In this document: piece by piece, positions 1 to 13,173 of the stretch | Position numbering within the stretch: position 1 is the first letter of the stretch | Layout: every line of letters begins with the position of its first letter | Assembly: GCF_009834535.1 (NCBI RefSeq) | Contig: NC_045696.1 | Coordinates: forward strand, 74,464,001 to 74,528,000 | DNA length: 64,000 nucleotides | Reading direction: 5' to 3' | Source: Camelus ferus | Taxonomy: Eukaryota | The notes under the pieces: generated by a model | What the model was told of the DNA's origin: nothing | Database searches by the model: none | The model's input: the letters and a program-made list of their open reading frames with translations, nothing else | Translations under genes and position numbers: made by a program

Positions 1-1684
1 AATTGAGGATACTGGTTAATTAGGTTTTTGTTTTATGATAAGTGGCTAAAAGGAAATAATGTAATATTGTTCATGTGTTGGGGAGGGAAGAGTAATGGTA
101 AATTTTCAGACAAATTTTGATGGATTTAAATCATTTTGTGCTTTCTTCAATAAAGTGTTTAGAGGAATAGCTTAGGCAGAGAATCTAAGACTTTCCATAC
201 TTTCCGGGAACATTTTAAGAGCTGAAAAAACTCTGGCATATGTTGATGTGGGAACAACTTGGATCTTAAAATTAAAGAAATTAATTTTTTTCTACACAAA
301 TAACATCTGTCTAGAATTAGGGTCAATTTTAATCTATTTAATGAAATATCAGTATCATGTAATTGCTTTTATCTTGGAACCTAATAGACCTTAATGCATT
401 ATTTAGCAGATTGAAATGAGTTCAGGCCAAATCTCTTTTAACTGTTAATTTCTTTTGATATATATCTGAGAATCAAGTGGAAGAAAATGAAGGGGATAGC
501 AGAGAATCCATCTTTAGGAGACTGAGAAAAACTTCATAGGCAACTTAAAATTAAAGTATTATCAAATTACTCTTCTGCCTATTTCTAGTGGCTTGAGACA
601 CAGATTAGAGGCATATTTCCAGCATAGGAGATACAGGCAATCTGCCTAAAGCAGGGTGTAGAAATGACCCAACACCTCCTTGAGCTAGATAGTCCACAAA
701 CTGTTCCAGTCCTTCAGAATTAGGAACAAGATATGAATGTGATACTTATTTATAATTCATCAGACAAACCAGTGAATGCATTAGTAGAAAAACATATTTT
801 TGGAACTGCTAGAAATGTTTCAACAATCTTAAGGTTCTCTATGTTGAATCCTTTCTTAGACTTTGCAAGTTGAAGGTCATCTTTTTTATTGTGATTATAT
901 AACTTTGGTTGAATAGATTTCCTAAATGGCTCTATATTTGACAACCTTAGAGCGCATAACACAGTCTGTGAATTCATCAGCAATCTAATGGTACCTAGGA
1001 GTTTTGCAACTGCTACTTTAATGGGCCAAACCCAGACTTGCCTTGTTTTTCTACTGTTACGGGAAGCCCATTAACTTTTTCATTTCATTATGGTATAGCC
1101 TTGTCAAATTATTCTTTCAAAATAATAAATAGTTATTTCAGTTACTATAGACTTACAAATACATATGGAAAATAATTTACTCAGCTAATAGGATTTTGCT
1201 GATTTATAAAAGTATTAGTGCAGAGTGAGTGCTCACTTTTACATACTGTCTATTTGCATCACAAAAACCCTGCAAAGTCAGGGAAGGCAGTTATTAGTAC
1301 CAGTCTCACTCTCCAACTTAGAGAAAACTAAGCTCTCTGCCCTAGGTCACACAAAAATAGAAAGTGTTGTTTCTGGGGCTCAAACCCTGGGTTTCCAACT
1401 TCATATCCCATGCTCTGTCAACACAGATCCCACCTAACTAGCCTCAGAAACCACATGTATGTAAAGCCACGTTGCCACACACCTCTGGGTTAGGGTATCC
1501 CTTGGCAATTTGGAAATGACAGATAGGCAAATAGAATTATACTCAAGAAAAGGTAGAAACCTGGCAACTATTTCCTTCCCCTTTTGGTTTGTTAGTTGAA
1601 GGAGAACCTCCCCAAAAAAAGAAATATGTTATATACAGAGTAGGACGTGAGTCTAGGCACAATAGAGACACTGGCTTCAAAACC

Positions 1685-1730
1685 AGGCCACTGACCACTA
1701 GACCACTGACCACTAGGCCACTGACCAGCT
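1685..1730. repeat. 15-bp tandem repeat x3 (AGGCCACTGACCACT)
   Basis: Units start at 1685, 1700 and 1715. Confidence 0.9.
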
Positions 1731-2802
1731 AGAACAGATTACCTGGTTGCCTCCTAATCCAGCCTTTCCTGTTCATGGTGTCAGTACATACAGTGGGGGA
1801 AAGAATTGAGAGATTGCTTTTTAAATAAGCACCTAAATGATAGCTTCAAAAGCAAATTTCATCTGTTGATATAATTGTAACAGTGTCCTACATTTGGAAT
1901 TAATCAAACTGTGATTTTAGCTCTGCAGAAAGTTTGACAGAAGAGTAAAATGAGCCAGTACATCATCTGCATAACAATGGAAGTGTGAGTTACAGATTTG
2001 TAGTGATTAGAAAGAGGGAAGCTGGCTTTATTTAAAAGACTCAGGCACCCCAGGGATCCTGTTCATTTCAAGTCCCCAGTGGACATCATCCCAAGGTGAC
2101 ATCTTCATTCAGAACAATCCAGGCTGTATGTCACAGGCAGAGACATCTGTACGCTGTACCCCAAAATAAACTGCAGAGATATTAGCAAGAGCTTTTGAGG
2201 GAAAAACAACAACAATAAAACTACCTGTAATACATGATTACTTTCCAGTTCTGTTTTTTCAGTTGTTCTCTGTTTATGTACATATCCGTTATATATTTAG
2301 CTGATGTATATATTTGCTAATTGAAGTCTCTAAAATGTATATAATCTAACAAACTTTTAGTTAGGAATAAATAACTTCCTTGGAGCATTCAGATTTCAGA
2401 AATCAAAAGAAACTTGTTTTTTCACAAGAAAATTCTTCTCAAAAATTTCCAAACTATAATTTAAGGTCATCTGGCTAAAAGCTCAGTTCAGCTCCTGTTG
2501 GCACTGGCCCAGCACTACAGGCACGATCTTCATTTGAATTTCTTTTAGGCAACTCTCCCTTGACAAGCAGCTCATAGTCCCTGATAGGATATCCCCGTAG
2601 TGGCCGATTTTGGTCACCTGGTTCAGAATGGCTAGTTTTCAGTACCTGTGAAGTCTTGTTGATCAGATTAGACATCACAAAAGGAATTAACTGAGAAGGC
2701 TTAAAATAAACCTGCAACTGAATTGTCTTTGGATGTTTCTAAACAGTTTTCTAAGGTACAAAAGTAAGATTACTTTGTAATTATAGTAGTTGTTTCCTTA
2801 TT

Positions 2803-3191
2803 GCATTCATTTACTGGGGTTTCCATGACAAGTGCCACAGGCTGGGCGGCTTAAACAACAGAAGTTTATTGGCTCACGGTTCTGGAGACTGGAATTCTGA
2901 GATCAGGGTGTCAGAGGATTGGCTTCTTCTGAAGCATCTCTCTGTGGTTTAGAGATGGCTATCTTCTTCCCATGTCTTCATACTGTCTTCCTTCTGTGTC
3001 CTAATCTCCTCTTCTTGTAAGAATACCAGTCATGTTGGATTAGGGCCCACCCTAACACTTCATCTTAACCTAATTACCGCTTTAATAAAGACTCCGTCTC
3101 CAAATACAGTCACATTCTGAGCTACTGGAGCTACTGAGGGTTAGGCCTTCAACATATGAATTGGGGGTGGGGACACAACTCAGCCCATAAA
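2803..3191 (-). mobile_element. MaLR solo LTR (MLT1B-like)
   Basis: Hallmarks ggcttaaacaacagaagtttatt, ggattagggcccaccctaa and ttcaacatatgaatt...ggacacaactcagcccataa. Confidence 0.88.
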
Positions 3192-3504
3192 TTACTAATC
3201 TCAACCCATTAGAAACTAGCTTCTCATTATCCCTGGTCACTAGATTCAGCATCCCAGTCTTGCTTCTGATCCTTGATTTCTGTGCCTTACTAGTCCCTTT
3301 TGATTTAGGTCATCCCAGCACTGGTCTTTGCTTGTTGGCTGCAGACATAGACTTCCTCTCAATTTGCTCATGGATAAGACCTCTTACCCATACTGTGACT
3401 GTTCTTTGCCTCCGTTGCTGTTATTGAAGTCTCTTTACTGCTCTCACACCTTTTTCAGTTGCCCCTCTTTTGTTCCCTGCAGCTTCTAAACTCAACTTCA
3501 TTAC

Positions 3505-3670
3505 AGTGTTTTCTACAATAACCAAAAACTAGAAATAACTCAAATATCCATCAACAGTTATTAGATAAGTTATGATATATTCAAGTGATAAAATACTATG
3601 CAGTGGAGAGAATGTAATAACGATTTCTACTTACTACATGGACAAATCTCACAAACAGAACATTGCATCT
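3505..3670 (+). mobile_element. Old L1 (L1M) 3' fragment
   Basis: aataaccaaaaactagaaataactcaaatatccatcaacag resembles the end of L1 ORF2 / start of the 3'UTR. Confidence 0.65.
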
Positions 3671-3737
3671 TTGCTACCTACTTCATAAGGACAACTAGGC
3701 CACAGAGCCCATGAGCTCAGCAGTAACAGTTCAGAGT

Positions 3738-3925
3738 CAATATTTATTGAGTAACTACCAGGGGCCAGGCATTGGGGAAGTGCTTTCATACTCATTTAAT
3801 TCTCACAAATTTACGAAGTAGGTAGGTAGTATTTCTATCCTGTTTTTAAAAGGTAAAATGAAGCCTTAGAGAGAATAATTATAAAAGGCAGAGCTGGGAC
3901 TGAAACTCCTGTCTTCTGACTCCAG
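3738..3925 (-). mobile_element. MIR SINE
   Basis: tatttattgagt..ccaggc..atttaattctcacaa..ggcagagctgggactgaaac..tctgactcc. Confidence 0.75.
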
Positions 3926-5714
3926 TCCCGGTATTGGTGCCAACATGCCACATGGCCGTCCCTCTTTCCCTTCCACTGACCAGGAAGGCTGCCCTGGCTC
4001 CATTAGCTAATCCCCTGGCCACACAGTGACTGGGGCTCACAGCTCTGAGGTCTCTCCAAACTTCTCCTAACTCCTCTCCATAAAGTAAGAAAGACTGTTC
4101 ATCCTTTTAAGGAACCGGAAGGCACTAGGGAGAAGCAGTCTCACACACTGCCGATGACCCCAGAGGACTATTAAGATAAGCAGAGATGCCAGGGTCTGAT
4201 CTAGAATTTCAGAAGAGAAATGCCCAAAGCCTCAGCTTCTCTCTTAGAGCTGTTTCAGAGAAGTCAGGCAGATGGAGCACCTTAGCTGAGATCTTCTTGG
4301 CTTGTGAATTTAGCCTAGTTTCTGTGCTTTAGTTTCCCTAAGTTATATCAATAAAACTGGGGCATTTGGTGATTGGAGAACAAGCTGGTCAAAATACGTG
4401 CACCTGCCAGAAAATGAGGAAAGCCACAAAGAAGGCCACTGAATAGTCAGGCTCTGAGTTCACAAGTCTTCTTCATAAATTAGTGATAGAATTTGCCTGA
4501 AACATACATAACAGGGAATGCAGGTTCACTAGTTACAAGTCCTCCTCTAGAAAGAAAATGGACCCACTGTAATTCTGCCTTAAGACATCTACATAAATTT
4601 GCTATCCCAAAGCCAGAATTTTGGTAACAATGTATTTATCATAGGGTCTTTACATCTATTTTTTAAAGGTGTTGGGATTCAATTTCTTTGCTTTAAGATA
4701 ATGACAGTCAATATTTACAGGTCTTCAGTTTGGTAGATGGAGGGAATTCTTCCTTGTGACTTGTTTTTTGGCTTGGTAAATAGATTTTACCTACTAGGAG
4801 CAAGAAGTGGGGGGATGCAAGTAATCACTGATGACAAAAAGAGTTTCACAGGTAATAAAATCCATTCAAGGTAACTGTTTGATGGTCTTGACCACACATC
4901 TACCTACAGGGATTCTTATTCATTATATTTACTTTGGAAAACTTTCCAATCAAGAATATACGGAAAAGACAGGAATGATAAAGAAACCAAATTTTTGTAC
5001 ATGGTTCCTCCCAAGTGTCCTTACCACCAGACTACTGTCTACCACATTCTGCTATCTTGTATACTACTCCAGCTTGCCTGCTTGCAAACACATAGAAAGC
5101 AGACCTCAGTACCTCTTCTCCTAACCCCTCCCAGAAGGAGGCCACATCTCACCTCGCCCTTCACCCAAAACACCATTAATTCAGCATAATTTAAGCAACT
5201 GTCCATGCTGGTGATGAATGATTCTCATAAAATCTTACTTTCTCTCAAGTTTTGGAAATCCATCCGTTTGTGCAAGTAAGCTACAAGCAGTCTGGAGTAT
5301 TTGTATTAGGGAGGATATTTTTTGAAAAGAAAAAAATAACAAAATAATCTTTAGATCTTTCAGTTGTTTTCCTTTTAATTAAAAAATAACATCCCCCCAA
5401 AAAATGCCCGCTTTGCAAATCATCTGAGATTTAACAAGGAATTGAAAATAACAAGAGTAACTCTTTAATTACAGTTAATTTTTTTGGTGACCTATTTCAC
5501 ACAATCATCAAAAACCTCAATCATAAGTACATTTATATAAGTATAAATAACAAACTTAGGATTTATCATACAAAAAGGAAAACTTACTACTACATTCTCC
5601 AGTTACTTCTTAATTATCAAGTATGTATTATTTATGTCATCTTTAACATAAAGTCAAACAACGTCAAAAGAAAACAATTTTTTTAAACCACACCAGCCTA
5701 GGTAGCAAACGTTG

Positions 5715-5770
5715 ATATTGAGAAACTCAGTATTACAGTAAATATTGAGAGAAACTCAACATTACAGTAA
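5715..5770. repeat. Tandem duplication of a 27-29 bp unit
   Basis: atattgagaaactcagtattacagtaa followed by atattgagagaaactcaacattacagtaa. Confidence 0.85.
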
Positions 5771-7019
5771 AATAGGCTCCAAGTAAGTTGGAGCCACTTA
5801 ATCAGAGAAAGCCTGGGAGTAAACTTCCCTAATTCAGAACTGGTTATAGATGAATGACAACTGAGTGTTGTGACTTTGACCCTTTGTCAGGAAAGCTTGC
5901 TGAGCAGAGTAAATAAACTTGAGGACAAGGTGAGAGTGAGATGGGGAATGTTTAACCTTCTCCAAAGAACAAACAAATGGTAAACTGTGGACCAATGGAT
6001 CTTGGTTGTTAAAAAAGAAGTCTTATCTGCCCTTCAGAGCCAATTTTCATCATCTTTTACTTGGCAACACTTTCCAATTTTAATGAATTTTTATTTAGGT
6101 TCTTGCAACTAGTTCATTTCTTTAAATGTCTAATTAAGACTTTTTATCTAATTCAAAATCACTTTCTGTCAAAGTTGGCCATATTATGTGATTTCAGCAT
6201 CTTGAATAATCTGAAAAAGGTGTTTAATAGTTCCTTGTATTTACTGAGTAAACTGGAGTGTCTATTACTATACCAAATAATGCAAAATGGTTCAAAAAAA
6301 AACAAGCACGATCACTGCTTACACAAGTTCACAAGCTCTATAAAATAAAGGACTAAAGTGAGGTCCCTGGGAGGAGCTTAATTTTCACGTACGACTCAGG
6401 AATTTTGGGTACCAGGCAGTTCTCTTCCTCTAGCAACCCACTGTGTAAATAGGAAAAAATGAGAAGGACTGCTCTGGAACCGATTGGTGACTGTGGTCAT
6501 TGAGGGCTGATTTTGTTTTAATAAAGGGGGAGAGAGAGAGATTGACTCAGCTTCCTCAGAAGTGCTCCTGGATGGTCAGGAACACCCCGTGAGGCAGGAG
6601 AGAATAAAGTGCTTAGGCCTATTGTCTGGTGAAGAGATTACATTTTAAGAGAGTCACATCAATCTTACATGCCAGTGTTTTCTGCTCCAGGCCTAAATGT
6701 TCCAGGTGTTCTGAGTGTGTTTTAAGAACTGCGAGATGAATGCTGCTGATTGGGCGCCCACCAGGGTTTGTGAATACTGTTAAGAGAGGCTCCCTGAATG
6801 CTCACAGAAGTCGTGAGAGCGGCAGTGGCAAGGGGGCCTGTTAGGGCTGAAACACCCACGCTGGGACGTGCTGAGTGGGTGGCTGAAGCCGCTGCTGCCA
6901 AAATGGACCACCCAGAGGTGACAGAGCAGCTCCAGGGACAGCACAGCAGCCCCAGGGACACCATACTGACTGTTTAAAAGACACCAACCCGGGTCAACTT
7001 CTGCACCATGCACAGTGGA

Positions 7020-7268
7020 CACAGTCCATAGGGTATAGTAGCATAGATGCGTTTAAGGGCCCCTAAAAATGTTTTATGTCCTTTAAAGTCAGAACCCCCA
7101 AAATGACTATTATGATAATGAATATATAATAATAAATCGTCTGGATTATATCTGTCTTCATACCAATACAGTCATAAAATACAATTTTTAGCTTTTTTTT
7201 TTTTTTGTGTGGAGGAAGGGGCCCAGGAAGGCAAAAGTTAGAGGGCCTGTAAAAGTCATAAGGACCCC
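7020..7268 (-). mobile_element. hAT-type non-autonomous DNA transposon (ORSL/Tip100-like)
   Basis: Repeated gggccc motifs around an AT-rich core, ending ggaggaaggggccc..aaggcaaaag..aaaagtcataa. Family name recalled, not verified. Confidence 0.55.
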
Positions 7269-9254
7269 TACACCAATTATTCAGGTCAAGGAAAGTGAAT
7301 GTGCATGTGGGGGGCTTAGAATCCCAGCAACTTTGGTGGATGGAGATTTAAAGTTAAAGAGCTTATTATCCATGACTCTCCCATCACCACATACAACAAA
7401 AAGTGCCAAATAGCACGTAACACAAACTGAGGACATAGGCATTATATTGTAGATTGTAACTAGAAGAGCCCCTCATTTATCTCAGAAGATTTGATAGAAA
7501 AAGTGATGATTTGGAGAAGAGTGTACCTGTCATCCAGAAGACAACAACAACACTGGAGGGAAAAAACTAGTAAGAGAGAAAGATATGGAGAATCAAGTAG
7601 ATGTCCTCCTTTTAAATGCCCTGTGTCATTATTTTAAATAGAGAGGTATCAATTTCTTTACTGCAACTTGACTACCCGTATTAAGGAATCAGAAATCACA
7701 TTATTTCCAGCTATAAACAGATCACTGAACCGATGGTGAATGCATTATGATTTGTGAATTCCACATATGAATCTCTAGTTAAGAAAAGAGAGAATTCTGT
7801 TCGTTTCCCAATTGTTTCCATCTAGATCTGCGCTTCCTTTGGGATGTTTAGAAACAAGAATTGATCAATATGCCCAGATTTAGTTCTATTTGTTCCACTT
7901 TTAAAATTTACAAAACACCGGGGTGGTAGTGGAGTGAGTTAAATGTTACTGTCATAGGAGCAGCATGGTCTGAACCCTGCTCTGTGTTGGAAGAAATCTA
8001 TAGGAGCACATTTAACTGGGAAAGGACACAATATGGCAGGCAGAGATCGCCAGCGTTCAGGGAACATTGCTCTGACATTTTCCTGTATTGAAAGAGAAGT
8101 TTGAAGAGAGCATGACACTTCCCATGACATTTACCTTCCCAGTAAAAGAAGATTGTCCTGGCTCAGCACAAGAGAAACAAGCACAGCCATCAGAAATTAG
8201 CCATTTTTTGTGGCCAGTTTACCACATGTGCATGTAGGTCCAGGGTCCACAATTTATGAGATATATGATTTTTTAGCATATGCAATACTGAATAGCACTT
8301 CATTTGAGACAGTATGGCTAAAATGAATTAAATGACAGGTTTTTGCTTACATATATGTATATATGAAGAAATACATTCACACTTGCAAACTTGATTATTG
8401 TTTGTCTATCCTTAAAACATTCATCCTAAAAAACTGTTTAATTTTCAATATTGTAAAGATAAAATTGGGGGGGAAATGCATAAAAATGTTAGGGTTGCTG
8501 TTTTTATTTTCTTGTTTCTGTTTTATCTTAATTTTTTGGCAATAGCATATATTAATTTTATAATCAGAATAAAAGGAAGAGTACTTTTTAAATTCATATA
8601 TTAGATAATTTAGGGTTAGCAGAGATGTCTAGTATTATAATCTTTTAATTTTCCCCTAATTTAATACCTCCATTTCTTCTGTTTAATATCTCTGATGAAG
8701 AGACTCTGTTTTACTGTTGATAGATTAAGGATAATAAAAATAATTTTTAAGCTACAAACTCCATAGTAGCAGTAATAGAATAAAACAACTAGAAAATTGT
8801 TTATGAATGGACCATGTCACTGTGGAATTACTTTATTTCGTGCATCCAAAATAGATCTCAGGAAAATCCTAGTAAATATGTCATTTAATGGCACTGAGTT
8901 AGCATTTAATAAGAATTAGAGAGATGCTAAAGTTCATAAACCTAATTAAGATCTACAGAATAAAAGAAGTTTGTGTACATGAAATGCTGAGGTCCATTTT
9001 CCATGAAGACAGAAGGAAAAAACATTTTGTTAGAAATCTGCTTACAGCTGAAGTTATGGGTGGCTGAATCTTATTGACCACTGCAGACTGAAGAAAATAT
9101 TTCTCTAAAATGTCTGCTTAGATCTAGACTGCGAAATTATATTGAGAAGTGGTTGCTGCCCCAAAGTTGAGTGATACCATAACCAAGCTGTGTTTCTGGC
9201 CATCAGTGAGGGCGGCATGGGAGAGCCCTCCAGGCTCACGAAGCGGAAAGAGAG

Positions 9255-9490
9255 ATAACAGTGTGGTAGAGAAGGAAGCACAGAGGCTGGCAGGTGGGTC
9301 TGGGTTCCTGTCCTGGCTTAGCCACCTACCAGCTTTGAGGCCTGGGCCAAATCATGCCATCTCTGAGTCACAAAGCCCAGAAATGTCCAGCAAAGACAAT
9401 AATATCTGCCCCACAGAGCTCTCATGAGATCCAGTAAGTACAGCTATGGAGCAGACCTGGTAGAGTGCTCAGCACACAGTAGCTGCTCCA
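9255..9490 (+). mobile_element. MIR SINE
   Basis: acagtgtggtaga..ctgggttcctgtcctggct..gccacctaccagct..ctctgagt..gtgctcagcacacagt. Confidence 0.7.
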
Positions 9491-10501
9491 AATAGGTGAG
9501 GTCCCTTCCCTGCAAGACACGCCTGGAGCCAACACCTCCTCATCTGGAGATAGCTGGTATCCAACCTGTGAAGATCTGTGACTTCCAATACTTCTACTCT
9601 GTTTCTTATATTCTATATTGGAAAAAAATAAAAAGGGAGAAGAAGTGGGCCAATATTGAGTTTTCTTAATGAATGTTATCGTCACATTGCTATACTCCCT
9701 GTGTTTCATTCATTTAAGCCTGGTCTTATAGCAGAAGTTAATTTTAAAGACTGTTCTCAAAAATTATTGTTTGTTAGAAAAGCTGTTATTCTATACATTT
9801 CATTTGTGAAGAAACAAAATGATAAAAGAAACTTTAAAAAAATCAGAATTTTCTATGACAAACCACAAAAAAAGATAGAAGTTTCCCCTTATGCTGATAG
9901 TTTTCCAGTCAAAAATATCTCAAGAGATTCCAAAAGGAAGTGGGAGGAGGTGATTTTGAAGTATTATGTGAAAAGAAATAGGCTGCAGTAATTGCTAGAG
10001 GGTGTCATGATATGATAATCAACTTGTAAAATGTCACTGTTTTTTGTTGTGGCTAGAATGACGTAGAAGCATACCAGCTTAATGTACTCTAAATCCACTT
10101 ATATGCTTGAGTGTATAGTCAGTGTTTATTTCCTTTTTTGCTGTCTTCATGTTGTTTCAAATAATAGGTTAATATTGACCCTTTGGTATAGTTATATTAA
10201 GAAAATTGAGCTTGAAGTATGAATAATTATGCATATATATTCCTTACAATGTTTTAAGCCACTGAACTTAAAAAAAAAAAACTGCACAGTTGTATTACTG
10301 TCAGCCCTGCAGAGCTGCTGATAAGCAAAGTTGTATAGCTTCATGAATTGCCAAGTCAATTAGCAGCCAGGTTCTGAATTCTAGCAGCATTATCCCACAA
10401 GATAAATGGACAAGTCAGAAGTAACACAGCTTGATTTTAAGAAACCAGGTGGAGGTGGCAATACAACCTGGGGGGAATCTTGCTGTGATAAATGAGTTCA
10501 T

Positions 10502-10559
10502 TCACGTGATTTGGCAGTGGTTTTAGACACTGTCTGGAGTCGTGGAGATGTCACGTGAC
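10502..10559. promoter_or_regulatory. Paired E-boxes (TCACGTGA and palindromic GTCACGTGAC) upstream of exon 3
   Basis: TCACGTGA at 10502-10509 and GTCACGTGAC at 10550-10559, with CpGs retained in a CpG-poor intron. Confidence 0.45.
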
Positions 10560-10698
10560 CGACCTTCCTGCTCTCTTCTCAGACTGTACCACACTTGTAA
10601 AGCAGTGAGGCTCGTTGGGTAATAATTCAAAAGCCAAAAAGGCTGTAAAGAAAAAAAGTTGCTAGCAGGCACTAACCTGGGTGTCATGACTCTTTCAG

Positions 10699-10764
10699 GT
10701 AGTAGGTGTAACCTTGAAGAAAAAGTGGCACTGTCTTCAAAAAAGTGACCTGACCCTGGCTTTG
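10699..10764 (+). CDS. PEX5L: PEX5L alternative exon 3b, VVGVTLKKKWHCLQKSDLTLAL (66 nt, phase 0-0)
   Basis: Acceptor ctctttcAG at 10697-10698, branch point ACTAAC at 10671-10676, donor GTGGGT at 10765. The frame is open and the peptide matches the TRIP8b exon 3b insert as I recall it. Confidence 0.88.
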
Positions 10765-13068
10765 GTGGGTTTTTCTGCAAGAAATAAAAAGCACCGCATG
10801 TGATTATTATACATCCTTTCTAGCTGACCACTGCTTTGTTCTAGAGTTCAGCATGAAAGGACTAATTTTTGTTTTGTTTTGGTTTTGTTTTAGTGAAATG
10901 GCATGTCCGTTGCTAATTCTAGCTATTATATAGTTGCACATATGAAAAATACCTGTGTATAGTTTATGGATTGGTAGCATTTCAAATAAATGGTATATCA
11001 AAATATTCACCAGAAATTTTTTGAGATGCTTATCAATTGACATTTTTTTCTTAGCCCGAGAAGAGTCTGAATTGTAATTCTTTAATTATACCTTGTAACA
11101 TTAGATATGTTTTTAAAAATATATTAGGAATTTAAATATAAGCATGCCACTTTGTTTATTGCTGTATTATTAAACTTCTTGGAGCATGGAAAGAATTCTT
11201 CACAAATGATTTTGCTCTTTTGGAAAAAAACAAGCTGCAAAAATATTTGTTAAACTACATTTAGCCTGTAAATGAGTATAGCTTATAAAGGTACGTTAAG
11301 CTGATAGTATATAATGTTTCATCCAAATAATTTTTATAGTTTGAAAATTTGTCAGATAGTTTAATAGTGCCATAGTAAGTCTTTTCCCAGAATTCAGAGT
11401 TATATGTATCTCTATTTTAGGAAGTTGACATTGATTCATTAAAGGAAAAACCCGGGATCATTATGCACCCCAATTAGGCAATGAATGAATCACTGTTTCC
11501 CTTTATTCTTCCTGAAGTTAGTTAATCTAAGGATTGTGCCCATTTAAACATTTCAGAACACATATGAAAATTACTAGTGTTATATCTGATGAATAAAATC
11601 TCGAATAGTTAACATTCCTTTATAGAAATAACACATTATCATTCAATAATGCTAGTTCTTAAGTCAAAACAAACCAAAGACACAAACTTTCAGCAATGTA
11701 GATTCACATATTTTTAAATATAGTTAACTATACAGAAAGTTTTTCTTTGTTCTCAAAATAAAAGCAGCCACTTGTTACATTTTGCAAAGGCAATGCCTGA
11801 GAAAATGAACATTGTTTTGCTTCCAAGAGTAAACCTACCTTCTAAATACTTAAAGCCCTGTGGAAACCAAAGATGATAATGTAATTCTATCATTTTTTTT
11901 GTATAGAAACTATCAAGATTTATTAACCTCAAGAGTTAATATTGACCTTAGCTCTTAATTCCCTTTCAGACAACGGACCCCCTGTCCATTTTTGTTTCTT
12001 TGCCTGTGATATCTCTGTATGCTACATCAGTAATTTAAGTAGATTTACAACACAGATATTCAGGTGTGCACTTAGTAGAAAATGGTTTTCTCCAGGGAGG
12101 CTCTACCCAGAGACCAAAGAAAATGGAAGTTTTTGCTTTTAAGGTGTTTAAGATTATTTAATTTTTACGTAGTATGACATGTTACTAATTGGGTTGGGAA
12201 GGTGATATTTTGGTTTTTGTTTTTTCCATTGTGCCATATCTGCTCTCAAAAACTTAATAATCTGGTAAACTAAAACCACAGAAAGCCAGTACACCCCTTC
12301 ACAGTCCAGAATGCTGCTTATATGAGACAAAAAAAAAAAATGTAGATATCTATATATCAGTACCTCAATTATTAACCATCCTTTATTTACATCTGGATTT
12401 CTGGAATTCTCCAATTAAAAGACATTTCTAAAATCCTATTAAATTCTTTGGTCTCAAGAACGTTGAGAGTTGCAAATTTTTTTCATAACTACCTCTACAA
12501 AATAAACAAGCTGGGCGAATTCCTGTGATTTTAGGCCACTGAAGAATTTTTAGAGGTTTTATGACAAATTTACTCTTTTTATGCCCAATCCACTCAAAAA
12601 TGACAGACTCCAGAGATCACCCAGCAAAAGTCCTCTTTGGGGTTGAGACCCCAATCCTAATCCCTACCCCAGGCTCTTCACTATCATTCAAAAGATTTAG
12701 GGATTATATAAGAATAATTTATAAATGAACATAGCAGGCAAGCCATAGTGTTTTTAAATCAATACTATAAAAATTATGTCATGTCATGTAAAATGCCTTA
12801 AAATATATTATACATATAAAATACTATGTTAAAATTAAATATAATATGTCAGCTGTAAAGGTGAGAAAGTAGCTAACTAAAAAGTTCACAAATAATCTTT
12901 TTTCAGATTTTGTGTGTTTTCTCCTCAGCCAAAAGCCTCAAGATTCACTTGCAGCAGCCTACCTCTTCATTTATGTTGGATTGCTCTTTAAACATTAGAA
13001 TATCTTGTGATAAATAATAAGTTAAAGATTTCTCCTGATACAAGTCATTGTTGATTTCACTGTTATAG

Positions 13069-13173
13069 GGAAAAGGCTCTAGGGCGGCAGATAAGGCTGT
13101 TGCCATGGTGATGAAGGAGATACCGAGGGAGGAGTCTGCTGAAGAAAAGCCCCTCCTTACTATGACATCACAG
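13069..13173 (+). CDS. PEX5L: PEX5L exon 4 (alternative), GKGSRAADKAVAMVMKEIPREESAEEKPLLTMTSQ (105 nt, phase 0-0)
   Basis: Acceptor tgttatAG, donor CAG|GTGGGC. The peptide matches TRIP8b and contains the acidic dileucine-type motif EEKPLL. Confidence 0.97.

Noticed and set aside
1685..1730. Short direct repeats as a CRISPR-like array
   Set aside because: Head-to-tail repeats without spacers in a mammalian intron.
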